64,000 nucleotides of DNA, from positions 256,001-320,000 of the forward strand of contig CAVVUN010000012.1 of NCBI GenBank assembly GCA_963751455.1, read 5' to 3'. Made by a program: the position numbers and the translations under genes. A model generated the notes under the pieces. That model searched no databases and had not been told where the DNA came from. It saw nothing but the letters and a program-made list of their open reading frames with translations. This document shows, in pieces, positions 33,201 to 42,338 of the stretch (its first letter is position 1; the number at the start of each line of letters is the position of its first letter). The stretch comes from Nitrospirota bacterium (lineage in GTDB: Bacteria > Nitrospirota > UBA9217).

Positions 33201-34117
33201 GCGTCGTGTAAAGCCTGGGAATAGCCGCCTCCGCCCCATGAGTTGTTGGTAATTTTGACTCCCATTAATGCGGCGTACCCTATGGCATCGATAGCATCGT
33301 CGGTATAACCATATCCTCCCGGACCCAAAAATTGCAGGGCCATTATTTTTACCCTGGGCGCGACTCCCGCGACGCCGATGCCGTTGTTCGCAATACCGGC
33401 GATCGTGCCCGCAACGTGCGTGGCGTGGAAGTGGTCGCCGGCTTCAAATACGCTGGCGTGGTTGCTAAAAAAATCCCAGCCGTGAACATCGTCTATAAAA
33501 CCGTTGCCGTCATTATCGATGCCGTCACCCGCGATTTCTCCGGGATTGGTCCAGATGTTGTCCACAAGATCGGGATGGCTGATGTCCAATCCCGTGTCGA
33601 TGATACCCACAACAACCTCCGGCGACCCCAGTTCATTATCCCATGCCTCCGGACCATCGATGTCGACATCCGCGACTCCCTCGACTCCGTTTATAGCCTG
33701 GCCGGTGTTATGGATGCCCCATAACTCGCCGAATCTTGGATCGTCAACTGCGATCTGGGCTCGTACAATATAGTTCGGCTCGGCATAAATGACCTTTGGA
33801 TTTTTTTTCAGCTTTATGATGACATCTTCGACTTTGTTCTTGTCCTTATTTTTAATCTTTACCAATTCACTTCCGGTCAGGGCATGCTTTTTTACGGTGA
33901 ACACGCCCTCCTTGTCCTTTAATGCTTGCTTTTCAGCCTCATCCATATCCGGTCTGAACTTGACGATGACCTCATCCGGTGCATATTCGATTTGGCCTTC
34001 AGGCAATTTCTTATCATCCTTATCCTTCATCACTGCAAGACCGGGTGAAACACCAATCATGATGAGAGCGGCAAACAGAATGCTTAACGTAATCAAACCA
34101 GTCCAGTTTTTTCTCAT
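27293..34117 (-). CDS. secreted S8 subtilisin-like serine protease with 17 bacterial Ig-like (Big_5-type) repeats
   Basis: GGAGG RBS before ATG 34117; signal and propeptide; triad GIIDTG, HATHVAG, GTSMATPH; repeated P.NGA..V..TITVT.SE..IDP...L...YTVTIP..F.F.T domains. Confidence 0.92.
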   Translation of the reverse strand: MRKNWTGLITLSILFAALIMIGVSPGLAVMKDKDDKKLPEGQIEYAPDEVIVKFRPDMDEAEKQALKDKEGVFTVKKHALTGSELVKIKNKDKNKVEDVIIKLKKNPKVIYAEPNYIVRAQIAVDDPRFGELWGIHNTGQAINGVEGVADVDIDGPEAWDNELGSPEVVVGIIDTGLDISHPDLVDNIWTNPGEIAGDGIDNDGNGFIDDVHGWDFFSNHASVFEAGDHFHATHVAGTIAGIANNGIGVAGVAPRVKIMALQFLGPGGYGYTDDAIDAIGYAALMGVKITNNSWGGGGYSQALHDAIATWGGVFVAAAGNSSQNADISPMYPAAYDCSNIISVAAINNQGELAYFSNYGATTVDVGAPGLDVLSSMPGNAYGYLSGTSMATPHVAGIVALILSRAPASTPEVVRDLLMESAAPLASLQGITVSGGMAKAGSALMKLDVRFTDPANGAIEVPVDKTITVTYNMEVQAGTEFGAVSLKTGETTVAIVSHISGSVLTIDPVADLELNKAYTVTIPAGAVQKIDGTPLASYTFSFKTPDTIFPVITGTDPADGSTTVLAMQTVTITISEKVIKGSNFSQIALKSGTSVVQSAINITGNVLSIDPVLNLGNNTTYTVTIPDNAITDPSGNSLAAYTFGFSTLPDALPPTVSGSDPVNNATKVPVDKTITVTFSESIQEATNFSLITLKSGSTTVQATVSIGGNIVSIDPASNLSSETDYTVTIPAESVKDTPQGNMLQSGYTFNFKTADIIPPAVSSTNPSNGAIDVPLSTTITVNLTEETTKGTSFTGIFLKDESGNIVSAGIDYLRYQDEWEDWYYDTRVIVINPIADLQLGKMYIVTIPANAVKDLGGLGNEAYLFSFRTPFSVTSTDPANNATMVPVGKTITVTFSENGVQGPAFSNITLKAGATTIQSAISINANVLTIDPAANLSNDTTYTVTIPADSIRDAASVPVNACSFSFRTLDIVPPAVSGSTPANNATNVAVGTTITVNLTEETSQGANFGGIVLKDAAGNIVNAAIDYYRSFDDEEWEWYVNTALIVIDPVANLEMGKTYVVTVPADAVRDKDGNPNSQYNFSFKTPFIVTATSPANNATRVPVDQTITVTLSDNGVQGPAFNSITLKAGATTVQSAISINANVLTIDPAANLTNDTTYTVNIPADAIRNAGGVSTNAYSFSFRTLDIVAPAITGSTPANGATSVAVGTTVTVNLTEETSTGPNFGAIILKDATANPVNAAIDYYRYWEEVGEEEWEERVNTRIIVIDPVANLEMGKTYNVTVPADAVRDKDGNPNSQYSFSFSTPFIVTATSPANNATMVPVGQTITVTLSGDGVQCPAFSNITLKAGATTIESAISLNANVLTIDPAANLSNDTTYTVNIPADAIRNAGGVPVNAYSFSFRTLDIVAPAITGSTPANGATSVAVGTTVTVNLTEETSTGPNFGAITLKDATANPVNAAIDYYRYWEEVGEEEWEERVNTRIIVIDPVANLEMGKTYNVTVPADAVRDKDGNPNSQYSFSFSTPFIVTATSPANNATMVPVGQTITVTLSGDGVQCPAFSNITLKAGATTIESAISLNANVLTIDPAANLSNDTTYTVNIPADAIRNAGGVPVNAYSFSFRTVDISSPAVSSTEPANGATSVAVGTTVTVNLTEETSTGPNFGAITLKDAAANPVNAAIDYYRYWEEVGEEEWEERVNTRIIVIDPAANLEMGKTYNVTVPADAVRDKDGNPNSQYSFSFSTSFLVTATSPANNATMVPVDQTITVTLSDAGVQCPAFNSITLKAGATTIEAGVSLSGNVLTIDPVANLINDTVYTVTIPADAIRNAAGVAVNAFSFNFRTLDVLAPAVSSTSPADGTTSIAVGTTINVNLSEDTATGPNWSGITLKDSAGNTVATAIDYNRYWDDWEWAEIVDTRIIVIDPGANLEMGKIYTVTVPADAVRDKDGNPNSQYSFSFSTPFMVMSTNPANGATGVPVDQAITVTLAHNGVQGPNFNGIMVKKGSMPVQSAVSINGNVLTILPASYLDNDVTYTVTIPHDAIRDEQGHPNGQYNFGFTTRSRVTITNPAHNVIRFPTDQTITVNLSENGVQGPAFGSITLKAGATTIESTISLNANVLTIDPVANLANDTVYTVTIPADSIRNAEGVALDAYSFNFRTLDIIAPAITGSTPANNAVNVAVGTTINVNLTEETSAGANFGGIVLKDEAGNIVNASIDYDRYWDDWEWAEIVNTALIVIDPVANLEMGKTYSVTVPAGAVMDKDANPNVQYSFSFSTPL
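28700..30660 (-). repeat. tandem near-identical 657-bp intragenic repeats (about three copies, two Ig domains each)
   Basis: Matching antisense ORFs start at 29085, 29742 and 30399 (657-bp period); boundaries approximate. Confidence 0.85.
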
Positions 34118-34587
34118 ACATCGCCTCCGTTTGAGTATTTTTTTAAAATAAATATTTTCAATTAATGCTGCGACAAGACTCAGAAGGATCGAAAGATTTA
34201 AACGATAATGCGAGCTGTTCAAAAGAAATGTAGTACAGACCGGCTAGCCGGTGCGAACCAAACAGATAGAGTGAGGAGCAGGAATAAAATTATTCAGGAA
34301 GTAATATATAATTGCTACAAAGTTGCATTCAGCAGGCTAAAACTTTTGACTACACTAATAAAGTATCTCTTTTTTTTGAAATGTCAAGCGTTGGTATGAC
34401 TAAAAGATAGCACTCTGCAATAATTTGAAACTCAAAGCATTAAAAAGATAAATAATGACGATGAAAACTGATAAAGAAAGGTTATAAGGACAAATTGGCA
34501 ATGAAAGGAGCGGGAGTGCAGAGCGTGGCGAGGCCTCACAAAAGATCACGAAAATTATACGCGGTCAACTGGAACACAAAAAAATTT

Positions 34588-35352
34588 CTAGAAAACCGAT
34601 TTTACTCCCCTCATGAAGTTGATCATCTTTAGCGCAGTCGGGCTCGGCGCGCCCTTGGTTATGAGCCCAAGACTTCGGGAAATAGGATCTGTGGATACCC
34701 CTTTCACGTTTTCGGAATACATCAAAAGAAAAGTGTAACTTACGGCGCCGATGGCCGCAGGGTCTTTCGAAACCTTGACGATCTCATCCTGCGTGTTGGC
34801 CACGGTTTGAGCGGTACTCACATAGGGTTCGTTGTTCATTACCGTCTTCTGAAAGAACATCCTCGTGGCGCTGCCTTCGTGGCTCGTGATGATCCTGATC
34901 GGCAGGTCCGGTCCGCCGACGTCCTTCCAGTTCGTGATTTTTCCGGCATGCATGTCCTTGAGCTGTTTCCAGGTCAGTTTGGAAACCGGATTCTTCTCGT
35001 TCACAATAACGACGATCCGATCGGTTGTTATCTTGTGGTAGATAAGATTTTTCGGAATGATGATGTTTTTTCTGACCTTTTCCGCCGATTTAATTGCGAG
35101 ATCAAGATCTTCGGAAGCAGCGCTCACGTCTGCCTTGCCGTCTATGAGGGCTACCAGGCCTTCGCCCGTCCCGACACCATTGACCTTCAGCGATATTCCC
35201 GTCGCTTTTTTCAGCGCATCGGCATTGGGCTCGAGAAACCGCTTCTGGCACGTCGTAGACCCCCAAACGTTCAACTTCTCGGCATATCCGGCGGAGGCTG
35301 AAAACAGGTGGGCAACAAACAACGCAAAAACAATGACGGTGTTCTTTTTCAC
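34588..35352 (-). CDS. PstS-like periplasmic substrate-binding protein
   Basis: GSTT, VGTGEG, IVN..NPV..LT, ITNWKDVGG.D.PI, GSATR. Confidence 0.85.
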   Translation of the reverse strand: MKKNTVIVFALFVAHLFSASAGYAEKLNVWGSTTCQKRFLEPNADALKKATGISLKVNGVGTGEGLVALIDGKADVSAASEDLDLAIKSAEKVRKNIIIPKNLIYHKITTDRIVVIVNEKNPVSKLTWKQLKDMHAGKITNWKDVGGPDLPIRIITSHEGSATRMFFQKTVMNNEPYVSTAQTVANTQDEIVKVSKDPAAIGAVSYTFLLMYSENVKGVSTDPISRSLGLITKGAPSPTALKMINFMRGVKSVF

Positions 35353-35738
35353 GACCAGTTCTCCTTACAGGTTTTTTGAAATCAGTGAACTCACGCCATA
35401 TCAGGAACTTTTTTATTCGGAATGCCTTTTCTGAATAGCAGCGAAAGCTTCGTGGCGACGATGCATACCGTGAAATCAAATCTTAAGCATATGTTGGAGT
35501 AAATAATATTAGAAACTATGTGATTGAGGAGCAGTATTATCCTTGATTGTTTTTGATTATATGGATATGCGACATATTGTCAAGGTGACAATTAGACTAA
35601 CCAATTGGACACCGACAGGCAGATGTGAAACTGACCTGTGTGACAGGGTGGGTTCAGACCGGAGTTTTGAGTTGGGAGTTCCGCGTTGTAAGGGCAGATT
35701 ATAGAGACTTAGCAAGCTATTGAAAAAACCCTTGTAGA

Positions 35739-35860
35739 CCCTTCGACTGGCTCAGGGCGAACGGAGGGAACATTGAAACCATGAGACCCTATCCGTTCGT
35801 GGTGAACCTTTATCCGTTCTTGGTGAATCTCTATCCGTTCGTGGTGAGCCTGTCGAACCA
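35739..35860. repeat. REP-like palindromic element with three internal 21-bp tandem units
   Basis: CCCTTCGACTGGCTCAGGGCGAACGG ... CCGTTCGTGGTGAGCCTGTCGAAC; TATCCGTTCgTGGTGA units at 35790, 35811, 35832; a related sequence lies at 40-100. Confidence 0.7.
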
Positions 35861-35989
35861 CTCTAAACACTAATTACGTGATTCCTTGTTACATTGCTTT
35901 AAGACATAACGAACCGGAAAAGCGGGGTCACTTCTCAGACCCGGGCAATGCCGCCATGGTAAGGAAGTGACCCATTCAATGCGCCTCTC

Positions 35990-36559
35990 TTACGCCGCCT
36001 TGGGCGCCCTCATCCCGGACTCGTATTCCGAGATCAATTTCAGCATTTCCCGATTGAACGCGGGAAGGTCGCTGGGTTGACGGCTGGTTACCCAGTTGCG
36101 ATCGACGACCACTTCTTTATCCACCCAGTTGCCTCCTGCGTTTTTGATGTCATCCTGGATGGTTTTGTAACTGGTCAGGGTGCGGCCTTCAACAAGGCCC
36201 GCTGAAACAAGTATCCACGGGGCATGGCAGATCACAGCGATCGGTTTTCCTGCCTTATCAAAGGAACGGACAAATTTCTGGACCTTGGGCATGCACCGGC
36301 AAACGTCCGCATTCAGCGCGCCGCCGGGAAGCATAAGGACATCGTAGTTGTCAGGGGTAACCTGGTCCAGGGTCCGGTCCACACTTACCTGGATCGATTT
36401 GTCATGGTGCTTGAAAGCCTGTATTTTCCCCGGCTTGTTCGATATGATGTCTACTTGAACACCGGCATCCAGAAGAGCTTTGACGGGCTCGGTTAATTCC
36501 GATTCCTCAAAGCCGTCTGTTGCGAGAACAGCCGCGCGTATATTGTTGAATTGAGCCAT
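35990..36559 (-). CDS. PfpI/DJ-1 family protein (YhbO-like)
   Basis: DGFEESEL, LPGG, AVICHAP, VTSRQP.DL; GGAGGA RBS. Confidence 0.92.
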   Translation of the reverse strand: MAQFNNIRAAVLATDGFEESELTEPVKALLDAGVQVDIISNKPGKIQAFKHHDKSIQVSVDRTLDQVTPDNYDVLMLPGGALNADVCRCMPKVQKFVRSFDKAGKPIAVICHAPWILVSAGLVEGRTLTSYKTIQDDIKNAGGNWVDKEVVVDRNWVTSRQPSDLPAFNREMLKLISEYESGMRAPKAA

Positions 36560-36736
36560 AAGGTCCTCCTTCATTTTTCTATTTCGTTCCATGTCGCTCT
36601 CACAAATCCCGAGAGCAACAACTCTATTCTCATAATTTTAGTATAACTCCGTCGTGGGGGGAAGCAGTTCGGGAAAAAGGAGTAGAGATTGGAATAGGAG
36701 ATGAGAGTTTCGAATCACTCTGGAGTTGAGATGGAC

Positions 36737-37372
36737 CTATTTGTGCCGGGACCCGGAAAACGCGGTTGCAACACCAAGTCCGATATATGCGCTGCCCGCA
36801 AAGTATCGCTGCCTTCGTGAAAAGTGCTTGCATCCTTTCAGCCAGTTTCGGAGGCGGCTTGCAAGCAGAACATAAATCACTTCTATGGCTGTCGCAAGAA
36901 GAACGAGGATCAGCCCGAAGGTCAGGATCTGAACCGGCACTGAGCCGTTTTCCGCATTCACGAACTGAGGCAGGAAAGCCAGGAAAAAGAGCGACGTCTT
37001 CGGGTTCAGAAGGTTCACGAGAAACCCCTGGACAAAAACCTGCTTCAGTTCCGTCTCGGGTTCGATCTCCCTCCTGGCATCATCGTCCCGAATGACCAGC
37101 TTTCGGATTCCGAGGTACACAAGATAAGCGGCCCCAAGGTACTTGACCACGTTAAAAGCCATCGCCGATGACAGGAGAACCGAGGTCAGGCCGAGCGTGG
37201 CCGCGGAAATATGGATTAGCGTCGCAGCTTCTATTCCAAGCACGGATGCAAGTCCCGCCATGCGTCCCTGGTGAATGCTCCTTGCAATCAGGTAAAGAAT
37301 GTTCGGGCCCGGAATGACAACGATGATAATGCTGCCCGTGATAAAAAGGGCCAATTGGCTTAAGTGCGGCAT
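36737..37372 (-). CDS. LysE/RhtB family translocator
   Basis: IPGPN, GAAYLVYLG, NLLNPK..FFLAFLPQF. Confidence 0.92.
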   Translation of the reverse strand: MPHLSQLALFITGSIIIVVIPGPNILYLIARSIHQGRMAGLASVLGIEAATLIHISAATLGLTSVLLSSAMAFNVVKYLGAAYLVYLGIRKLVIRDDDARREIEPETELKQVFVQGFLVNLLNPKTSLFFLAFLPQFVNAENGSVPVQILTFGLILVLLATAIEVIYVLLASRLRNWLKGCKHFSRRQRYFAGSAYIGLGVATAFSGSRHK

Positions 37373-37471
37373 TACTTCTCCTTTATGGTCTCAGTGCTTC
37401 AGGAGTCTATTCTTTTCTGAATTTGTTGTCAACCGGAAGAGACACAACGCACACACAGACCGGAGCAGAAC

Positions 37472-38629
37472 TCAGGGCGCCGAGGACCTTCGCGACAGCG
37501 TCAAATCCTTATTCTCACTGGATACTATTTCCGTTCCGAATCTTTTGCTTTCTCTACTCAGTATACCGGCAAGTAACCGGGCCTCTTCTTTTGAGGCGCG
37601 GTTCAGCTTGAAGCGTTTGATCCGCATGGGAACCAGCTTTACGTGAACAAGCCTTCCTGTTTGCGGGTCCAGGCCTGCAAAATACATAAGACCCAGATCC
37701 TTCCGAAAATTCTCATAGCCGGTGATGCCTTCGTAGTCGTTCAGAAAATCGCCGCAGCCGTACAGGATGAGCCGGTCATGATAAAACTCAATCCCCTTGA
37801 CATGGTGTGATGAATGGCCGTGAACAACGTCAGCCCCTGCATCGATCACCCGGTGCGCAAAGTGAACTTCCTCGCCGGCGATATCATACTCCCAGTTTGC
37901 TCCCCAGTGAATGGAGAAAACAACAATGTCGCCGGCGCGCTTTACTTCGCGGATCCTGGCCCGGATCCGCCGCACAGTCTCTTCCGAGAAATCGGGAAGG
38001 AGATTGACGCCAGGCCTTTCTTCTGTCGCAGCCCAATCAGGGCGAACACCGCTCGTTGCTGAGCCGCAGGCGAAGATAATAACCCTGCCCTTGCCTTCGA
38101 TCTCCAGGATTGCCGGGGTTGCGGCCTGCTTCTGATTGAGCCCTGCGCCGGCGCTTTTTATGTTTGCTTTTTCGAGCGCTGCAAGGGTCTCCTGGAGACC
38201 TTCATAGCCCCAGTCGAGCACATGATTATTGGCTAAAGTGCAGACATCGATCCCTGCAGCGGTAATAGCATCCATGTTTCCAGGATGCATCCTGTAATGG
38301 ACCTGCTTTCCTTTCCAGTACGCGTGGCTCGCCGTTACGCTTGTCTCGAGGTTGACGATTCTGACGTCCGGCGCTTCTCTTTTCAGCTCATCGAGCGCGT
38401 CTCCCCATATGTACGAAGGCCCGGAAGAACGAGGGATGGGACCGCTTGCCTGCTCTGCCAGCGTAATGTAGCCCCTCGCGTCTTTTATATATTCTTCGTA
38501 AAGCGTGGGGTCACCCGGATGCGACAGAATCTGATCGATGCCCCTGCCGGTCATGACGTCGCCGGCCAGGAATAACCTTATCAAGCGGTCGTTTCTCGGC
38601 GGGCCGGATTTGAGCTCGGTCCTCTTCAT
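37472..38629 (-). CDS. CapA family metallophosphoesterase
   Basis: AGDVM, VNLE, LANNH, SIHWG, HGHSSHH motifs. Confidence 0.9.
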   Translation of the reverse strand: MKRTELKSGPPRNDRLIRLFLAGDVMTGRGIDQILSHPGDPTLYEEYIKDARGYITLAEQASGPIPRSSGPSYIWGDALDELKREAPDVRIVNLETSVTASHAYWKGKQVHYRMHPGNMDAITAAGIDVCTLANNHVLDWGYEGLQETLAALEKANIKSAGAGLNQKQAATPAILEIEGKGRVIIFACGSATSGVRPDWAATEERPGVNLLPDFSEETVRRIRARIREVKRAGDIVVFSIHWGANWEYDIAGEEVHFAHRVIDAGADVVHGHSSHHVKGIEFYHDRLILYGCGDFLNDYEGITGYENFRKDLGLMYFAGLDPQTGRLVHVKLVPMRIKRFKLNRASKEEARLLAGILSRESKRFGTEIVSSENKDLTLSRRSSAP

Positions 38630-38675
38630 TTCTGACCTGCACCGCCTTTTTGTTTTGTTGAAGAATACAACTATC

Positions 38676-39200
38676 TCATTTGATCACGCCGCACGCCATT
38701 CTCGCGCCTCCGCCGCCCAGCTCCGGGACATCGGTGTAGTTATCTCCGCCGGCATGGACCATGAGTGAACGGCCTTTTATGTCGGACAATTTGAGGCGCG
38801 GCGCTATTACAGGAGTGGAGGACTTTCCGTCCTGGCCGACGGTCAAAGCAGGCAAATCTCCCAGATGTCCTTTCCCCTGAGGACCCTCATGTTTGCCTGT
38901 TCCGGCAGGATCATAGTGTCCGCCTGCCGCTATTCCCGCTTGCTTTTTCCCGTCCTTTATTCCGGGAGCGCAATTTGGTTTTTCGTGTACGTGAAATCCA
39001 TGAAATCCAGGGGTCAGGCCGCTGAGTGCAGGCGTGAGTTTAAGTCCCTGCGGGGTTTGCGAAAGGGTAACTGTTCCGATTGATTTACCGATTCCCTGTT
39101 CATCAATAAGATTCATCTGAACTGCCGCTTCATTCGCTGATACTGCCGCTGTAAAGGCCAGAACCGCGACAAGTATCGTTGCCTGAATAAACCCTTTCAT
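38676..39200 (-). CDS. sodC: periplasmic Cu/Zn superoxide dismutase
   Basis: [43 protein letters not shown]. Confidence 0.95.
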   Translation of the reverse strand: MKGFIQATILVAVLAFTAAVSANEAAVQMNLIDEQGIGKSIGTVTLSQTPQGLKLTPALSGLTPGFHGFHVHEKPNCAPGIKDGKKQAGIAAGGHYDPAGTGKHEGPQGKGHLGDLPALTVGQDGKSSTPVIAPRLKLSDIKGRSLMVHAGGDNYTDVPELGGGGARMACGVIK

Positions 39201-39420
39201 AGCCGGTTTCTCCTTAAATGGTTTGTGTTACTGTCGGGTCTTGATTCAAGTATAGCGCACGGTCGAGCATTGACAAAACAGGGACAGCGGTAAGAGTGTT
39301 GTACAGGCAAGAAAAGGGGGCCGCTTTCGGAACGCATGCAGGCCAATCGGCAGTTTGGAACTCGGCAAGGGCTTCGCCAGCCGGAGTCAGTGCCGGCTGA
39401 GCCGGCATTGCCCAGACCGC

Positions 39421-40014
39421 TTATTTCACGACAAAAGCGAGTTTTTTTACGATATCGCCGCTTTTTACTCCCGGGAGCTTCATCTTGCCGGCTTCCCGGA
39501 CAGCATTGTCATATTCATCTCGCACTGAAACCGACATCATCCGCGTTCCGTCATGATGATAAACAATGGTGCCTATATAAACGATTTTTGCCTTCCGGGG
39601 TATATCCAGCTTTATGTTTTTATTCATTCTCAGGACTTCGTAAATCGGCCTTCCACCCGCGACATTGTGGCCAACTACCTTCATCACCTGCCCGACTCTT
39701 ATATACCGTTTGCCCGGAGGCAGGGGGAAGAAAAAGGTTTCGTTGATATCAGGGTCTATGCCCTCGCCCTGATTTATCTTGTCATTGAGCTCGAATGTAA
39801 GGCCCAGCAGCATATTGAGAGGCTCATCATCAATCTTCTTTTTTCCTACTGTTTCAAAAGGAGGGTCAAGCAGGACTTTGCCGACTATGACAACTTTGCC
39901 TGCCGGTATATCTTCCCCCTTCTTCATTGCTTCCGTAAAGGATGGCCCGCACCCGGCAACAACGGACACCAGGAAACATGCAATAACGATTGCTTTCAAG
40001 CGTCTCATCGCCAT
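39421..40014 (-). CDS. lipoprotein of unknown function
   Basis: GGAGG RBS, VAGC lipobox. Confidence 0.7.
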   Translation of the reverse strand: MAMRRLKAIVIACFLVSVVAGCGPSFTEAMKKGEDIPAGKVVIVGKVLLDPPFETVGKKKIDDEPLNMLLGLTFELNDKINQGEGIDPDINETFFFPLPPGKRYIRVGQVMKVVGHNVAGGRPIYEVLRMNKNIKLDIPRKAKIVYIGTIVYHHDGTRMMSVSVRDEYDNAVREAGKMKLPGVKSGDIVKKLAFVVK

Positions 40015-40046
40015 ACCTCCAGCTCAATTTTGGAATGATCCGATCC

Positions 40047-40658
40047 TCAATCGAGGAGCCTGAATTTCTTCTTCTTTGCGATCATCTGCGCGGCCTTGCC
40101 GCCGTCCCTCTTGAGCCAGAACAGGCAGAAGACAGCCGACGCAATGACCACGGACGCCAGGGCACGGTCTCCCCGCCGGATCATCATGACCGCGCCGCTG
40201 ACCAGCAGTATCGTGAACCCCAGGGGTATGATTATTCTCGACAGCACTTCCCGAAGCAGTTCCATTTTCCTGAAGCATTTTCCCGCATCGCCGGTTCTGC
40301 CCATCTTTTCATAAAGGTTGCCGAGATTGAACCAGAGCAGATTGTTGTGCGCATCGTTTTTGCCCACTCGTTCATAGTAGTCCAGCGCGCGCCGCGGGTC
40401 TACAGTCTCAAGCTGTGCTGCAAGCCGGAACCAGAGTGTGAAGCGGTTCCCGGACTTTGCATAATGCTGCTCGGCCTGGCCCGCCTTCCCGTTTTCTTCC
40501 AGGATCACCGCCTTCAGAAACTGACCGCGCTGAAAATCAGGATAGCGCTGAAGCAGTTCATCTACGGCTTTTTCGGCTGCGGCATACTCTTTCTTTTCGT
40601 AATGCGCGATGGTCGTCTCGAACAACTGTTTGATGGACTGCATGCCGGCCCCTTGCAT
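40047..40658 (-). CDS. TPR-repeat membrane protein
   Basis: TPR motifs (WFNLGNLYEKMG..A..CF) and two C-terminal TM helices. Confidence 0.75.
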   Translation of the reverse strand: MQGAGMQSIKQLFETTIAHYEKKEYAAAEKAVDELLQRYPDFQRGQFLKAVILEENGKAGQAEQHYAKSGNRFTLWFRLAAQLETVDPRRALDYYERVGKNDAHNNLLWFNLGNLYEKMGRTGDAGKCFRKMELLREVLSRIIIPLGFTILLVSGAVMMIRRGDRALASVVIASAVFCLFWLKRDGGKAAQMIAKKKKFRLLD

Positions 40659-40827
40659 AATTAGAATAATAAAGCTTTATTATTATATCTCAATTAATAT
40701 TCCAAACAAGGAGAAACAGAGAAGTAGCGGTTTGTGTGTATTATTGACAAAATGATAATTAGTGCAAGAATAAGTATGCGGGGTTGCCTGATAGCAGAGA
40801 GTAGATCTTGACCCTGATGATCGTCTC

Positions 40828-41955
40828 CTATTTATTCCTTCCGGGCTTGCCTGCGACTCTATCCAGCATGGCTTTTACAGCGGCTATCTGGCGTCCTGAC
40901 TTTACGGCATAGTCAGGGTCCTTGTCGTAGCCCCACCAGTTCCAGCAGCCCTGGGGATTGGTGTTATTCCTATCGGTGAGAACACCGGTGAATCCGAAGA
41001 TCTTTTTCGGGATGACCTGCGGATACAGAACAATGATGTCGTTCGTATCTGCCCACTCGTTGTACCCCGCATGCTCGATAAATGTCATGCCCACGTCCTC
41101 GTGTCCCTGCTTGCACCCGTGAAAGGCCACATGGACTCTGCATTTTTTGCCGTCGCTGCAGGAGCCGGGAACATAAGCCCAGCCGGACTTATCCATGCTG
41201 TGGGAACCGGGTTTTTCGATGAATTCCCCCTGGTCGAATTCAATGAACGCTCCGCTTAGTTTTCCCGTATTTCTCGGTTTGAGGCCGCCGTAGATCTGTT
41301 GCAGCAATTCGCCCGCAGCGTCATAGCCGCAATTATTAATGAAGGGCTCGCCGAGATGGCCGCATGCTTCACCGAATGAGTCGGTCGGTACGGAGTGCTC
41401 GGCCTGAATATCTTTCTTGTATCGGATATTCTCAGCCTTCAAAAAAATCCGGTAATAGGCCTCGAGGTCGTCCATCACGGTTGGGGGTACAAGGCTGTCT
41501 TTGGCGCCGGAAAACAAGTAGATTTTGTGCTCCGACAAATGCGACAACGGATCGATCCTGTTTTTGCGTGCATCATCTCTGGTTTTTTCCGCCAAGGTGA
41601 ACAAATCAGTGCCGCCGGGCGAAACTTTGCAGGGCGTCGCGATCGCCGTGCAGGTGCAGGTTGTGGTGGCCCTCTTAATGTCGTTCTGCGCGCAATAATA
41701 GGGGCCACCGGCAATGACGCCGGCCCCTTTAATGATTGATGAATGGGCTACTTCGAACTGCACGGCCATGAATGCGCCCGATGACAAGCCGGAAACCGAG
41801 GTCTCTTCGAGCTCGACGTTAAAGGCAGGGAGTGACCTTGATTTTGCAAATGAATATTCGGCAAAAAGAATAAGCGCAAAAAGAAGAAGCGTTGAGAGCG
41901 CAATAACAGCAAAAGCTCGGCAAGTGTATCCCTTTCTATTGAAAGACGTATACAT
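40828..41955 (-). CDS. secreted poly(3-hydroxybutyrate) depolymerase-like esterase
   Basis: VSGLSSGA lipase box, AGGPYYC, HVAFHGC.Q, GYNEWADTN.IIVLYPQ, NPQGCWNWWGY. Confidence 0.87.
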   Translation of the reverse strand: MYTSFNRKGYTCRAFAVIALSTLLLFALILFAEYSFAKSRSLPAFNVELEETSVSGLSSGAFMAVQFEVAHSSIIKGAGVIAGGPYYCAQNDIKRATTTCTCTAIATPCKVSPGGTDLFTLAEKTRDDARKNRIDPLSHLSEHKIYLFSGAKDSLVPPTVMDDLEAYYRIFLKAENIRYKKDIQAEHSVPTDSFGEACGHLGEPFINNCGYDAAGELLQQIYGGLKPRNTGKLSGAFIEFDQGEFIEKPGSHSMDKSGWAYVPGSCSDGKKCRVHVAFHGCKQGHEDVGMTFIEHAGYNEWADTNDIIVLYPQVIPKKIFGFTGVLTDRNNTNPQGCWNWWGYDKDPDYAVKSGRQIAAVKAMLDRVAGKPGRNK

Positions 41956-42338
41956 GTTGACCTCCGCTCCGTCGAAATTCTTGAATTACCAAACGCAGAA
42001 TGTCTATCGGAAAAAAGTAGCCGCGAAATGGTCTCCGCAGCAGCACTTGCTTAGACCATAACGGTCTGCTTAGGGTTTGTCAAACGGCAGCGGCTGGAAT
42101 AAAGGGAACGGACTGTACATCTGAACGATATATCGACTGGATAAAACAAATCGCGGGCTGTTCAGCCTGCCGGACGCCAATAATGAAAAAACTGGAAAAG
42201 AAGTAAATAGGGGCGGGTAAGTCGATGCGGTCTGAGAACCCGATAGGAAAGCTGAGTGCACTAATCCTGAAAACAGCACCCAAGTCTCTCTACCTAAAAA
42301 GGTGGCTTTACTCTCGATCAGGATGTCACTCTTTGGCT

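Noticed and set aside
27483-34151. Series of + strand ORFs
   Set aside because: Antisense shadows of the repetitive S8/Ig gene.
35790-35850. CRISPR array
   Set aside because: The 21-bp units are contiguous with no spacers; no cas genes in the window.
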